This document shows positions 36,613 to 49,919 of a stretch of 64,000 nt of DNA, in pieces (the stretch's first letter is position 1; every line of letters starts with the position of its first letter). The translations under genes and the position numbers were made by a program. This DNA comes from Ascidiella aspersa (lineage: Eukaryota): NCBI GenBank assembly GCA_963924565.1, contig OZ004615.1, forward strand, positions 8,122,001 to 8,186,000, given 5' to 3'. The notes beneath the pieces were generated by a model, which was given only the letters and a program-made list of their open reading frames with translations, did not search any database and had not been told where the DNA came from.

Positions 36613-39600
36613 CTGAAATCAAAGACAATTGTATGGTTTGGATTTTCGGTAGAGGGCGGAGAAACATACGAGACAATTTTTTTAATAAAAAAAAAATAAT
36701 AAAATCCATAAAAAATAGATTTTTTTAACTTGTTTGATAAGTCTGTATGATTGAACCGCATTTGTTGACTATACCTAAACTCTCGTTTAAACAAATATTA
36801 GACCTGTACTTGGACTGGGTTGTGAATCCCTGGCCTGACGTATAATATGGATTATATTATTTTGCACTCTATAAAAATAGTTTTTTTTTATGTTTTCGAC
36901 TACTGATGAATACAGTCATGAAAGTACTGAAACAATTCTTCAACTCCGACTCCAGAAAGAGCTGAACACTAAAAGTATTTAACAGCCATGATTTCCTCTG
37001 CCATCTTTTGTCCTTCGGTTGAACTGAGAATAACAAAAAGGGCGCTTATGACAAGGTTTGTAGAGTTTTTGTGCGAAATCTTTTCTCCTTGAATTTATTC
37101 AAACTCGATTTGGCCGAGAACAACACGTACTTTGGGCCAGTTGTGTTGTGTTGTCATGTTTTGCATCTCTGTTTTTTAGTATCTTTTTCTATTTGCGAAG
37201 TATACGAGTTATTATAAGCTGTTAGACGTGTACAATATAAGTTGTTAAATGTATTGCTCAGTTCTACCAGTCGTGTACTATTTCGACTGTTATGGCTAGG
37301 TCGACTATTTTTTGACATATAAATTAGCATTTTGACGAATTTTGACCAAAAATGTTTGTTTTGCAATATTTTGATTTATTATTGCCCTCTGTCAATATTG
37401 GTGGGGCAACATATGCTTAGACCTTAGAAATAGACGATCTTGATACACTTGTTTTTTTATTTAGTCGTACGATTTGGGTGTTTATCCAATACTTTTTTCT
37501 GCGTGGTTTTTAACAATATGACTTTTAAATTAAAACACGTTATCGCCCTAATTTCTCCCAAAGTAACTTTGTAATCAAGTCAAAACGATGTTTTGCCTTT
37601 GTGTAAGGCAAGAAAATATCCATCGAAAGCGATATATATTAGGTTTATGTGCAACAAATTAGTTTCCGGGGTGCAGGAGTATATATTAAACGTTACTATG
37701 TAGTAACTCGTCCATCAACGTATCAAGGAAGAAAATTCTTCCTGAACGACACTGATTTTGCAACTTTATAGTTATATTGTGGCAGCCTTAAGAAACATGT
37801 TGAAAGAAAGTACAACTCAGATCAGTTTGGACCCAAATAGGCGTTTAAGGGTTAAGCACCTTATTTCACTAAAATATATATTAAAGACTGACTCCATAAT
37901 GCAGTTCTTTCTAAATTGAAAGTTACAACACTGAAGTTATTTGGGATTTGTTGGACCAAATATCATTTTGGGAATGAGGCGCTAGTTTTCATGAATTGTG
38001 TCAAGAGAGGCGTGCTTACAAATGTTAAACAACCCGGCCTTACAATGTCCCGATTAACATTTTTTCAACGTAATTTAGTTAACGTCATTGTTAAGTCTTT
38101 TGCACTTAATAATATCGCTATTTCACAATAAAACAGTCGCATTTTTAGCACTTAGCGCGACCCCTTGCACACTTTTCTTTACTTTCGACTTGAGTGGCAT
38201 GTTTGCTTTTCCAACGTAGCAGATGGGTTCTTAGCCTACTCGTTTTATATCGTGAATTTTACTAATTTATTAATTATTGTTAATTTCATTTAAATAAATA
38301 TCCAAAATATATCGTCAAATTGTAGCACCGACGGCAGGTTAGCACCGAATTATTTTGTTTTTTTGTTGGTAAAAGCGAAAACTGCTCAACCTGAGTATTA
38401 TTACGGCTCAGGATGTTATTAGTCTAAGTTTTTCGATTAACTACAGTACCTACAGTACTTTCGTTTTAAAATTAGTTCCGGGTTCTTGCGTTTTTCGCGA
38501 TCACACATAATTATAATGATTCGCGAAAACAACCAAGCATTTTTCATGTGTAGGCCTATTGGTTGAAGTGCCTGTAAGCGTATAGGAAATATAATGATTA
38601 ACCAATTTAAGGGTAATCAAACGTTTTAGGTCGCATTTTACAATTTAGTAAAACATGGATAGTCGCACAAAGTGAATGAACGTGGGGGAAACTTTTGGTA
38701 GCCTACGCCAGACTGAGTAGTATTTCGGGAAATGCATCGAGGTCTGCGAAGTCGGTTAAAAATAGCCCGAGTCCGACCCTAGCAAATAAAAAAATCCATT
38801 TCCGACTTCCTCCAAAGTGCGATTTCGTCGAGTCCCGAGTCCGGCTGCGACTCTGCAACCTATATTTATTTCAGCCATTTGCGTAACTAAATTAAGGTGG
38901 ATTTTCAACAATTCCCTCGTATGATTGTAATTCATCCACTCGCAATACATGGTTAAAAATATCCACTTTGGCCAGAGGTGGGCAACGTGCGGCCCTTTTT
39001 AGTTTTTTGTGCGGCCCTTCACCTTCTTTCAGCTATTTTTCCCTAAAAAAGGCTATAGGTGTGCACCATGTTGGGACTTTTGCTCAATCAGTTTTCTTTT
39101 TGAAACGCGATGTAACCCATAGGCTACACCGCTACTCTAATGCAGTTCAACTTAAATGGAAAGCCTCTATGACAAAACAATCTTCTTTAATAAAGTTTTA
39201 CTGGTGTAACGTTGTTATGATAAAGAATTGTTTTGCAACAATTACACTTGTCTAGTATGGTCAAGGTGTAACAGACTTTTGCCACGCATATTGACTGAGA
39301 TGTTATGTTTAACAGCTGGTTTTGAATTAAGGCTGTTAATTAAATTGTACTAAGCTGATCCGTACGAGAAAGGCGTCATTGAACTGTAGGAAAAGTTATT
39401 TCCGAATTCACAAGTATACAGCACTGACAAAACTGCCGTAGTGGCAGCCTACTAGCTCATTAGTTTTGAGTTTCGAGTCCGAACTCAGAAAACAAACCGA
39501 CTATACATAGAATCCCAAATCCGACTACGCAGCCCTGATTACAACACAGTGAGTTTGTAAAAACATGGTCACAAACAGGGGCGGATAAAGGTGACAACTC

Positions 39601-42542
39601 GGCCATGCCCCCAAATATGTTTTCGCCAGCTTTTGCTATGTAAATACTATTTTGTTAACTTATATCCGCTAATGCTTTTTATAGATTTTAAGTAAATCGG
39701 ATTCGGCCCGCCAATGTAATTCATCCGGCCCTCAACCTCTTTGACAAATTAGACACGAGTCCATTTCAAATACTTTTTGACTAAGCGCTTTCTCGATTGG
39801 ACTGTATTTCAGCTGCATATTTGCCAACAAGTTTGCATTAAAACATTATAGCCTATGTTACATAGGTTATATCAACTTCAGTAAGCGGCCCGCGAAGTTT
39901 TTGTTTACCCTTGTACTTGTACCTGTGCTAAAGCTACCTCAACTAAGTTTAGGGTTGTCATATTTCAGGTCAGCAAAATATTTGTAAAATCTGTGTCTAA
40001 ATAAAACGATAAAATGTGCTTAAAAGCCTAGAATTATAAATATGTTTGCAAAAAATGACACAAATATTTGTTTACAGTCCAAGAATTTTGTTTAAAATTG
40101 TATACTCTATTATCTATTAGATTTGTTTTTACGATGGTATTGATTTTGTAACACAACATTCAATCTTAGACTTGCCACACCTTTATCTCGTTTGTCCACT
40201 TGTCATTTACTGTACGTCACACAAGATGGTGTTTTATTAGTAAGCCATTCGGTTTTTGTTCTTGAAAAATAGTTTCAAGCAAAGTTTGACGTTTTTAAAG
40301 CGTTTATGTCGTTTTTTTATATCGAAGCTGGTGTATGTTCTTAATGCGTCACGTTTATTTCTGAAATCTATTTTAAAAAGTTTGGCCTCAAGATATTTTC
40401 GTGCGGTTCGCGCAATCACACTGTACGTAATTGCTTGTTTGCCTCTGCTTCGCACGAGGACAGCAGGTTCCTTGAGAATGAGATACGTTATGGCATGTAA
40501 TGATGTTCAATTCCATGGGTACGCAATATTGGGTCCGTGCTACTTTTGGTTAGTTTAATATAGTTAGCTTATGGAGATTGGTCCTGAGCAAGATTTCTGC
40601 AAACAAAATGTTGAAGCAATATAAAGACAGGCCACATATTAATTAAATCCGAATTTAATTAATATGCTCATGTGTAATGTTTTGTTTACTTTAAGCTCAA
40701 AAGTGGTTCAATGAAGAGAGTAGTTGAGTCGCAAAAGCTTTACTTTGATACTTAAGCTTAGTATTTGGGTCGCAGCCAAAAAATATTAACAAACCCTGCG
40801 TAATGGCGTCATATTCGCTCTATACTTTGCCCTTCCCCAACAAACAGTTAACATGTGTTTCAAATAGTTGGGTAAAACATTATTTTAAAGTGAATATCAA
40901 ATTAGTGTAGTAATAAATTTTAAAATTTGCAGTAGAAATAGTTATTAGGACGAAACCAAATAAAAACATTTGGCAAATAGAATTAATAAATTTTCACTGA
41001 ATAAAACATACATAACTGTTTAAATGGTTTTAGTTTATTATGGGATTTCTGAAATAACCCGAGCTCACTAAACAGTATGTGACTCCAAAAACCGCTAACG
41101 CTTGGCTGCAAATGAATAATATCTGTTGAGAGGCAACAACTGGAAAAACAATAAAGGCTATAGTCTACGCCGTAGGACTACGCTAGCGACTTACACGGCT
41201 GAAAAGTAATTTGACCCTAAATTCGAATGTATGCGGCTCACAAGCTGCTTTTCATGGCGTTTATTGCTAAGTAACAAAGCATACAATTGAATTTGGATGA
41301 ATAACAAGACACAACATATAACGGGGCAACATGACAACACACAAAGTATAGTTGGGGATGAAAAGCATTACACAAATCAGAGTTGGGCTAAAAACTCATA
41401 CAATGTCTACGGCTAAAAAAATATATTTTGCCAAATAATAACACCAAAAGCATATAGTTGGGTTAAATAACAACACACGTAATATTTTTATACATTTTTC
41501 CAACACAAAAAGCAATGCACACCAACTATCAGGAACTGCCAAAGACGATAGTTTAAGAAATACACAGCATGCACGATTACAATATTAGATAATTGATGTT
41601 AAGTTTAAAGATTAGGAGAATTGCGAATAAATGGATGTTTAAAGGAGATGCGAAAAACGTAAAAATATACCAAAATAATTGGTGTTGTTTATATTAGAAG
41701 AATGCTTACAGGTCCTCACAAGAAAAATGGTTAATAAGAATGTAACACAAAAAATTGTACACATCTGTATATACTTGTAATGATCTTTCACAATAAATTG
41801 AATGTTTAACAAACTTCAATGAGATACCTGTTGCTGTATTCTCGATCACTAACATATAATATTAAACAAGGACGTCACAAATTTGGTACAAGCATTATCA
41901 TATGAAAACATTATGGCGAGTAGACGCCGCTATAACAGCACAAGCGGTAAATATTAATTAGTGTCTAAAAAACGAATATTTAATGTAATACAACCGGCCG
42001 CAACAACTAAAAACTGAGCATAAAATTCACAAAAAAGAGAAAGCATCACGCGTCTACATTTTTTTCGGAAAGGGATTGAACAAACATCGATCTAGGAAAC
42101 AGCCTGGATGTAAGGCCTATGTTTCAAGGAGGCGTTTTGCTAATTGAGAGTCACTTTTCATTTTGTATATCCATAAACTAGCCAAATTGCTGTAGGTTTT
42201 CTTGTTAGCAAAGTATCGAGAAATTTACATTACGTAATCATAATGCGAAAAAGTTGTTTAGAAACAAAAAATACTTTTTTTACCCAACGGATAAAGCCTA
42301 CTCACTGTGACTCAGACTGACACAGGATAACTATATAATATAGTTTATTTACAAAAATGTAATATTGTAAATTATGCAGATGAATAATAACATTTACAGG
42401 GTGTTTTGTGGTCTAATCAAAGTAAATCATTGCATAAGATACAATAATGGCATCATTCGTCTCCAGAAAAAAATGAAAAAGCGAACAGCATGATTGGAGG
42501 AAAAGCAGCCGCGGCTCGGACTGTTGGTTGCGAAGGTCTGAT

Positions 42543-45500
42543 CTAGCTAATAACATACGCACAATACTGACATTTGAAGGAGATGTTTTGCTGATTAAGA
42601 GTCAGCCTTTCGCTTTTTCGATTGCACGAAGGACATTCGACTTTCTCGATCAACCGGACGCAGTGAGCCTCTGCTGCGTTAAAGGTGTGAAAAGCTACGT
42701 GGAACTCAACACGGCACCCCGATTTGCCTTGCATCTGATACCTTTTCGGAGTGAAATAAAGGTATATCTTTTGTTGAAATTTCAGATCCAATAATATTAA
42801 TCCAAAGAGTGGATGGTTTGCCTTTTTAACGGTGCCTGTGCAAACTTGAAGTTGTTGCACAGCGTGAGTATTTGCCCAAGTTTTTTGCGTTTCATTCCAC
42901 TCTCCTAATTGTTGTCTTTGAATAAATTTTTTAATGGTGTTTGATTTTTCATTGGTAAGAAATTCCAAACGTCTTCCTTTAACAAATGTTTTCGAGCGCA
43001 TCGTTTGGCGTAACGTTTCAATTAGTTCAATATCATCGTTGTTTGGTTTATCAGAAGATATTACAATTGCAAATTTGATCGCGTACAAGTAAAGATCGGC
43101 ATAACCACGCTCGTTACGACTTCTCCAATCTGTCACAAATCGAAAGACCACCTCTTGTAAGTTGTAACATTTTTCTGACAAAGCTGGATGACGAATATAC
43201 TGGAGCCAGTTGTACATATCAAGATTGACAGAGACATCAATATGGTGGGAATAAATGGTGGACAACAAATTTTCGTACATAGTGACAACATCCCTTCGAC
43301 TCTGATTTTTATCAATGCAACCAACTGTTTCGTTTCCTTCTATTGCCCTTTTGGTATTTCGTAATTGATTGCGAACAAGGGGGATATATCGATGAATATT
43401 TTCAATTTCAAACAACTGAACCCTGTCATCTTTAAAATAGAAATTGTAAGACATGAGTGCATCTTGATATTTTGATTTGGCAAGTTCCTGTTTCCTTGAT
43501 TTTAGCTTGCATTCTTCCAAAAGATCACCACATATGAAGTTCGAATTTCTGATAAACTCAGCAAGTCTGGGATAGGTTTCATTTAGTTTTTCGACATTAG
43601 AGCAGCCACCATGTCGCTTATCCACATACTCAGCAAAACGAAGTCGAAGCTTTATTTCGCCCATATAACCAAAAGAAAAATTGTCAATTGCCATTTGTCT
43701 GGATTTGTGAAAATGGGAAATCGAATGTTCGGCTTGGTCAAGGGCACTTTCTACATTTTCGTTACCTCCGTTTAGAAGTTGACTAGCATGTCTAAAACAA
43801 CAATTTGCAAACATGTTGTGAAATCGACAGGATTTTTGCAAAGTTGGATTGTGCTTTTCAAGGTCAAGTGCCTTTAATAGGTAAGTTTCTGCGCGTTGAA
43901 AGTCGCCAAACGCAGTGCACACTCTTCCGGCATGTCCATTGTAATCTGAATTATCGGGAAATGCGTCGACCAGAGCTACCATTACTTTTATTTTATTATC
44001 ATTTTCTGGAATATCATTTATAAGTGGAGCAAAGTTTACTTTCGCCTTATCGTCTGGTGTAGATTCACGCCGGATTAGCAGTGAATAAATGGAATGTCCA
44101 ATTCCCGACCAAGGTTGATTTCGACCACAAATCTGTTTAAGAATTTTAATCAGATCGATCACATGGGTGTGAAGAGAGTGGCGAACGGATGGCAACAATT
44201 GAGCATAAATCGGTTTAGCCACCGTTCGATCATATTCGCTAGAGGGAGAAAGTGCCAACTGCAATATTTCTCTAGCCACCAGTGGATACGATATTGTCCA
44301 TTCATGTTCGTTTTCGATAAAAAATTGATAGGCTCTGTAAGGAAGGTCGGTCATTTTTACGAATTTCATCGAATTAGGGTGAAGGAAAGCCCTGAACGCA
44401 TTCCTGCTGATTCCTGTCTGTCCGTAATAATCCAGAAGTGAAAGGTAGACCAAAATACGTTGCCACTTTGATAGTTCAGCTTTTTTACAAAAAAATCCCG
44501 TAACGTAGCTCCTAATGCCGGTGTACTCCTCATTAAACGCGCACAAACCAAATTCGAACATTTGTGGGGCATCATATTTTTGATCAGCGCGAAGTTGAAG
44601 CTCTGCCATTTTACAAGAACCGTTTGAAACAAAATTGTTCAAAATTGTTATCAGACGTGAAGCTTCGTCCGAAGATGTCGATTCACTAAGGCTTAGTGAA
44701 TCAGATTTTAAATCACTTCTGTTTTCGATTAGGTCCGACTTTCGTTCAACAAGTAGCACCACGAGTTCGATGTGTTGTTTCGCTTGATCGACGATGTTCT
44801 TCTTATCGACGCCGTCAAGTAAGATGAGCAACGGCAACCTGGTCTTTTCATACAGAATTTTTAGATTTTTTACAAGATCAGCCGTGGTAGGATAGGGTGG
44901 TTTAACCTCAATACATGGAATAACTTGTCGCAAAGACCACAGTATTTGTCGTGCGAGAGTGCTACCCCCACTTCCTGGAGTATGAATCAGCCTTAATATT
45001 TTTGGCTTCCATTCTTGATTAATCTGTTGTTTTATCTTTTTACACGCTTCATTTTCAATATCTCTTTTTATAGCAACATTACCCTTTGCAATGTGATCCC
45101 ATATTGCTACACCACCTTTGTGAAATGACTCTTCTTTGGTTTTGCGTAACCTCTCATCGCTAACTTCTTCTGTTATGTTTATTTCCGTTGACAAAATATC
45201 CATATAAGAAGGAAATTCTTTAGTTTTGATTTTGATTTTCTTTAATTCATCGTTAGAGGTCTTTCCAGGGACGGTCACGACTCCATACAATCCTGTATTT
45301 AACATGGTTGGTCCAACCTTTTCAAAACAGAGACTAACTTCAGAAGGTGAAATTTGCACACACGTAGAATCTAGTTTATACTTGCTCACTGTTGTAAACA
45401 AGTGTGAGCCAGATTTAGGCGTTTCGGGAACGCAAAAAATCAGTTTAACGGGAAAAGTCTTTATATTCCCAATTGTGAATTGTTTTCGAATTAACTGTAA

Positions 45501-45923
45501 TAATCGATCAAGAATGTAGCAAGAAATGGAATCTGTTTTGTACCAGAGCAAAACAAAGCATGCCGTTTTGTCTGGACAACAATACTGAGCTGCTTTGGTC
45601 ACAACTGTTTCCAAAGCGGTATCGTATTTATCTTCCCAATGCGAGTAATCTGTAACGTCCTTATCGGTTATCGCAAGCCAATTGGTTTTGTCAGCTTCTA
45701 AATCATCAACGTAGTCATCCACATTTCTTCGCGACACCTCTTTTTGCCTGAAATCTAATGAGCCAAACAGACACTCATCCTCATCTTGACAGTCCAAGTC
45801 GAACACCTGTATCCACGGAATTGCTGATATTCCGCCTAACTTGTTGTTTGGTACGCTAGTTGTGACTAGAAAGTATGCTTGACTGCCATCGACTTTGTCA
45901 AACATTTTTAAAATCGAAAACAT
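42543..45923 (-). CDS. SAMD9L-like: SAMD9-like STAND NTPase core, copy 2 (1126-aa open frame, disconnected from its TIR exons)
   Basis: About 96% identical to copy 1 (about 42 substitutions counted by eye); no internal stops; starts at the in-frame ATG of MFSILK. Confidence 0.75.
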   Translation of the reverse strand: MFSILKMFDKVDGSQAYFLVTTSVPNNKLGGISAIPWIQVFDLDCQDEDECLFGSLDFRQKEVSRRNVDDYVDDLEADKTNWLAITDKDVTDYSHWEDKYDTALETVVTKAAQYCCPDKTACFVLLWYKTDSISCYILDRLLQLIRKQFTIGNIKTFPVKLIFCVPETPKSGSHLFTTVSKYKLDSTCVQISPSEVSLCFEKVGPTMLNTGLYGVVTVPGKTSNDELKKIKIKTKEFPSYMDILSTEINITEEVSDERLRKTKEESFHKGGVAIWDHIAKGNVAIKRDIENEACKKIKQQINQEWKPKILRLIHTPGSGGSTLARQILWSLRQVIPCIEVKPPYPTTADLVKNLKILYEKTRLPLLILLDGVDKKNIVDQAKQHIELVVLLVERKSDLIENRSDLKSDSLSLSESTSSDEASRLITILNNFVSNGSCKMAELQLRADQKYDAPQMFEFGLCAFNEEYTGIRSYVTGFFCKKAELSKWQRILVYLSLLDYYGQTGISRNAFRAFLHPNSMKFVKMTDLPYRAYQFFIENEHEWTISYPLVAREILQLALSPSSEYDRTVAKPIYAQLLPSVRHSLHTHVIDLIKILKQICGRNQPWSGIGHSIYSLLIRRESTPDDKAKVNFAPLINDIPENDNKIKVMVALVDAFPDNSDYNGHAGRVCTAFGDFQRAETYLLKALDLEKHNPTLQKSCRFHNMFANCCFRHASQLLNGGNENVESALDQAEHSISHFHKSRQMAIDNFSFGYMGEIKLRLRFAEYVDKRHGGCSNVEKLNETYPRLAEFIRNSNFICGDLLEECKLKSRKQELAKSKYQDALMSYNFYFKDDRVQLFEIENIHRYIPLVRNQLRNTKRAIEGNETVGCIDKNQSRRDVVTMYENLLSTIYSHHIDVSVNLDMYNWLQYIRHPALSEKCYNLQEVVFRFVTDWRSRNERGYADLYLYAIKFAIVISSDKPNNDDIELIETLRQTMRSKTFVKGRRLEFLTNEKSNTIKKFIQRQQLGEWNETQKTWANTHAVQQLQVCTGTVKKANHPLFGLILLDLKFQQKIYLYFTPKRYQMQGKSGCRVEFHVAFHTFNAAEAHCVRLIEKVECPSCNRKSERLTLNQQNISFKCQYCAYVIS

Positions 45924-45997
45924 CGAATCTTTATTGGTAGATGCAGATGAAGGCAGTTTATCTTTTATCCAAGTTTCGTTTTGTCGTTGTGTGGTAG

Positions 45998-48342
45998 CTA
46001 TTTTCCCAGTTGTGAATCTTCCTTGGGATTAACGATGCTGCTGATTAGAAGATTAGCACAGAAAGCTCTTCTTTCTCTTTGGGTGTTTAAGCTTTCTATA
46101 TCTGAAATACCTGTATGCAACAAGTTGGATATTAATAAAACATATTTTTCCGAATTTTCAATACCGGTGACCCTGATTTAGTTTACGTAGAAATAAAAGT
46201 ATAGTAAACAAGACCAAAAACTGAAAAGTACAAAGACAAGATGTATCTAGATGGTAGGTTAATTGGTTGCATTTCAGTTTAGTTTAAATTACTTTATTTT
46301 TTCAACTGAATGAATTTATGCAGATAAAAACGGAAATGTTTTGTTTGGGGGCAATACATTTGTTACATCTGATTTGCCAACAATTACCGATTTATATGTG
46401 AATTAACTTTCTGCGCGATACGGCCTTTCCTTTTTTCCTGCCTGTCGTGGTGCAAGTTTTAATGCTGTTTTTGTGTAAAAGAACGAGTATTTTAGGTGAG
46501 TTGCGTTGTTTATTGTATGGTTTTGCCAGCCCTGATAATCTGACAATGTGCAAAATGTAATCTTTGCCAAATTTACTACGATGACACATTGGTCAGTTCG
46601 CCCAGCATTAACGGCCTTTTGTATAAAACGTCTTGTAGTAATAATAACACTGCTTTTGTTTTGCACTAACTTGCTTTGTAAATTATTAAAGCGTAGTATA
46701 TATCACGCCTTCTTACCTACACTTATGCGTGTGACATCATAATGATGCATTGGTAATTAAATTGCTTAAATTACGCGAATTTCTCCTGATTCTCCCGGTT
46801 CCCCAAATAGTTAGAACGTTATTATCATGCCAAATACATTTCCCGGAAACATGTAAAGCGACCTACATTTTTTGTTTTTAAAATATGTATAATAAAGAGG
46901 CAGGTCTACGTAGTCGGAGTCTGAACTCTAGCACGACAACATCAGACCAACCGAGTCCAAAGTCCAACGTGAAAATGCTTACCAAATTTGTAACCGATAA
47001 GGTACAAACTATAAATCGTAGGAGTAAAATACCATATAGTTAAAATAATATTCTAACTACTATTGTGGGTGTATTAGATTTATTACACGCATATGAGTAG
47101 ATTGCTGTACATCCGCCCTATTTAAGTTACGTAAATGGGTGAAATACAGGCTGTCGACACAGGACTCAGGAGTCAAAGAAATTGGGGAATTGGCCAGGAT
47201 CGGATTTGAGAGTGGGACTACAGTTTATTTTTTCAGGCGGAGTTGGATTGTTTTCAACCTACTCCGCAGCCCTGCTGGTCAGTAACAACTAACAAGAACA
47301 ATAAATTGCTTAAAAATTCTGCACGACACTCATGACCGCATTACAGAGAAAACCTAAAAGAGTTGTTGGGCAGTACGCAGCCGAACCAAATAAATAAGGA
47401 GCGTTACAATAATTTACAGTGGCGTTAACAACACTTCTGTATTTCTATAAATAGAAAATATTTTATAACTGACCTATTTCTTTTAACGCTTCGGCAAACT
47501 GCGCAATTCTTTCTGCGGTTTCTTCAGCTGAGCATCCTGCTTTTATGTGAAACCCGCCTCGAAATTCTGAACTGGATGGTTTACTTTTGTCGCTTTCGTA
47601 AATGAGAAGATACAAATCTTTCAGCAACAACTTGGATTGATACAATGGCTCACAGAATTTATGAAACTGTTTGCATGTATTGTCCGTGAGCACCAAAATA
47701 CTGAAAGGTAAAAATTGACATGTTCGATAGCACAGGTTAAGTTTTCTTAGCTTACACAGAAAAATTACAAAGAAATTAATCGATTAAAAAATTATATAAT
47801 ACACGTTATAACTTCGGAAAGGATTACTAAAATCAGTCGGCCAAATCAGGATTTTCGTGCAAGTAAGTCCAGGCTAGAAAAACTCATTTAAAGGGGATCA
47901 ACAGTTCGTTTTCAGCAACTGAAACATTAATTTTTTTCTTTCGGTAATCCTTTCGTAGGCTTTATTTGCAGAAATAAAACGCTTACCTAGTTAATAATGC
48001 ATGGTGAACGCCCGACATCAAGTTAGAAATGATTTCTCTTCCGGCGATTTCGAACTGTACAACACTGTAGCCCATAAGTTTTAAATTGCGCTCGATAGCA
48101 CAGACATAGTCCAAATCATCAGGATGTCCAATCAAAGCAATATCCCCATCCGAGATGCCAGACGATGACACAGTTGAAGCTGTGTAGTAAGCTTGTGTAT
48201 TATTTACATTATCCAGTGAAGATGTGCGTGTTGGTAAAAAAAATTTAAAGGAGCACATAATCAAATTAAATACCAATATATTGTTAAAGTAAAAGGATTA
48301 AAAGTATAAAATCACCGAGATACCTGTAGAAGCAGCTTCCAT
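45998..48342 (-). CDS. Copy 2 N-terminal part: predicted 183-aa TIR-only product ended by a frameshift (or a pseudogene)
   Basis: Exons 48324-48342, 47987-48179, 47474-47700 and 45998-46110. The 210 nt at 28302-28511 of copy 1 are replaced by 2 nt, giving ...KEDSQLGK-TAG (stop at 45998-46000). Confidence 0.7.
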
Positions 48343-49919
48343 TTTCCACTATAAGCTTTCAATAACCATTTACTCACAATATTATGTTTTCTGTAATAAT
48401 AGATGAAAATATTGTCACTTACTTCGCCGAGCTATGATAATTAAAGATAAACTATGTTAAATTAAATTATATCCTATAAATAACTACGCAACCTAACTGT
48501 AGAAGCTCTTTATTCGTAGTATACCTATTTGCTTAACTCGCTAGCCTTTATAACTGAAAAACAAAACACACAGTGCTTTGAGTGAAAAAGTCTCTTAAAA
48601 TCAAATAAAAAATTGGTTGCACTAAATTTCTAGTCTTTAATGAGCTAGACCACCACAGCAAAAGGTTAATTTTTCTATATAGCTTTGATCTTATAAATGC
48701 AAAGAGCAATAATGCGTCACATTTTTTCTCTGGGCCCTGGGAGCAGCTGTAGGCTTCTTAACCAAAAAAGAAATTACTTTTGTTGCAAAGTTATCCAACG
48801 AAATTGCTGTGTTAAACTCGCTTTTGGCCCTCTGGTATAATTATTTTGTTCTGGATAATAATATCCTAAAAATATCCAGGTGGACCAAGTTTCATGGTTT
48901 CTCGAATCTTGTGCGCTCGCCACCCGCCCACTACATTAGTAACTTCAAAGAGACATCGGAAATCGTGACTAGACATACAACTAATTTTCGACAGTTTTGC
49001 GCGAGCATTCTTTAATCGGACAAACCTTTGGCGGTAAAATCACGCACAAGTTGTTACTGGCCACTGTTTTATTTGATTTTGTTTCAGCAAAACCTATGCT
49101 CCTGCGCTTGTTTTTGTAAAGGCTTAACTGGCAGTTTTTGGTACAGCCTGTACTAACAGCTCAAAGTTTATATTAATTAACTAGTGAAGGAAAGTAAACT
49201 CCGACGTACGGGAAATAACCTACGAGAATTTCCCCATGGTGGTGTTTTGAGCAGACTTAGAAATATTCACTGGGGTTTGCAACAACGGTAGCATTCTATA
49301 TCAGGAAACCAAATCTTTTATACTTTGCGCTGTTGTTTAAATGTTGCCAAAAAAATCTAAACCTAATCTATGTTTTGCTGCTGCTAGAGCTTATCTAACT
49401 AAATCTACGCAACACAGAACAACAGTCGATTCATTTGCCTACACATACACATATACCGACACACAACGCTATATCTGATACTGGCTATTGTTCATATACT
49501 TTAAAAATATTTCGCAATTCTGTAGATTACACTTCAATAGCAGAGTTGTGTATTACGCGAAGCATATGCAAACATACGACAGGTAAGTTATATATCCAGA
49601 CTATATGTTAACATTACAACAGGTAAGTTATATATCCAGACTGTATGCTAAACATTTTGGCGACATTTGGATTCTAAATTATTCGCAATGGTTATACAAC
49701 GATTCGGAACTTTGGTGGAAACTTTTACACAAATATTGCACTTTCGCTCTGACGTCGCTTCTGGTAAAACAAGACCGGTAACGCAATTTACAAGCATTCG
49801 TGACAAGGGCGACGAGTTTATGGTACATGTGCAAAGCGGACAGACGATTACAGATGGGCAAAACTAAAACTAAAAACGGTTCGGCGTGGTCGGTAGAAGA
49901 GAGCTGCTTTCGTTTCTGA

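Larger units (their letters stand above)
18090..36671. repeat. Segmental duplication unit 1 (~18.6 kb): spacer + TIR-SAMD9 + mucin 3' tail
   Basis: Collinear high identity with 36671-53110; shared breakpoint just after gaacatac(g/a)a at ~18090, ~36671 and ~53110. Confidence 0.9.
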
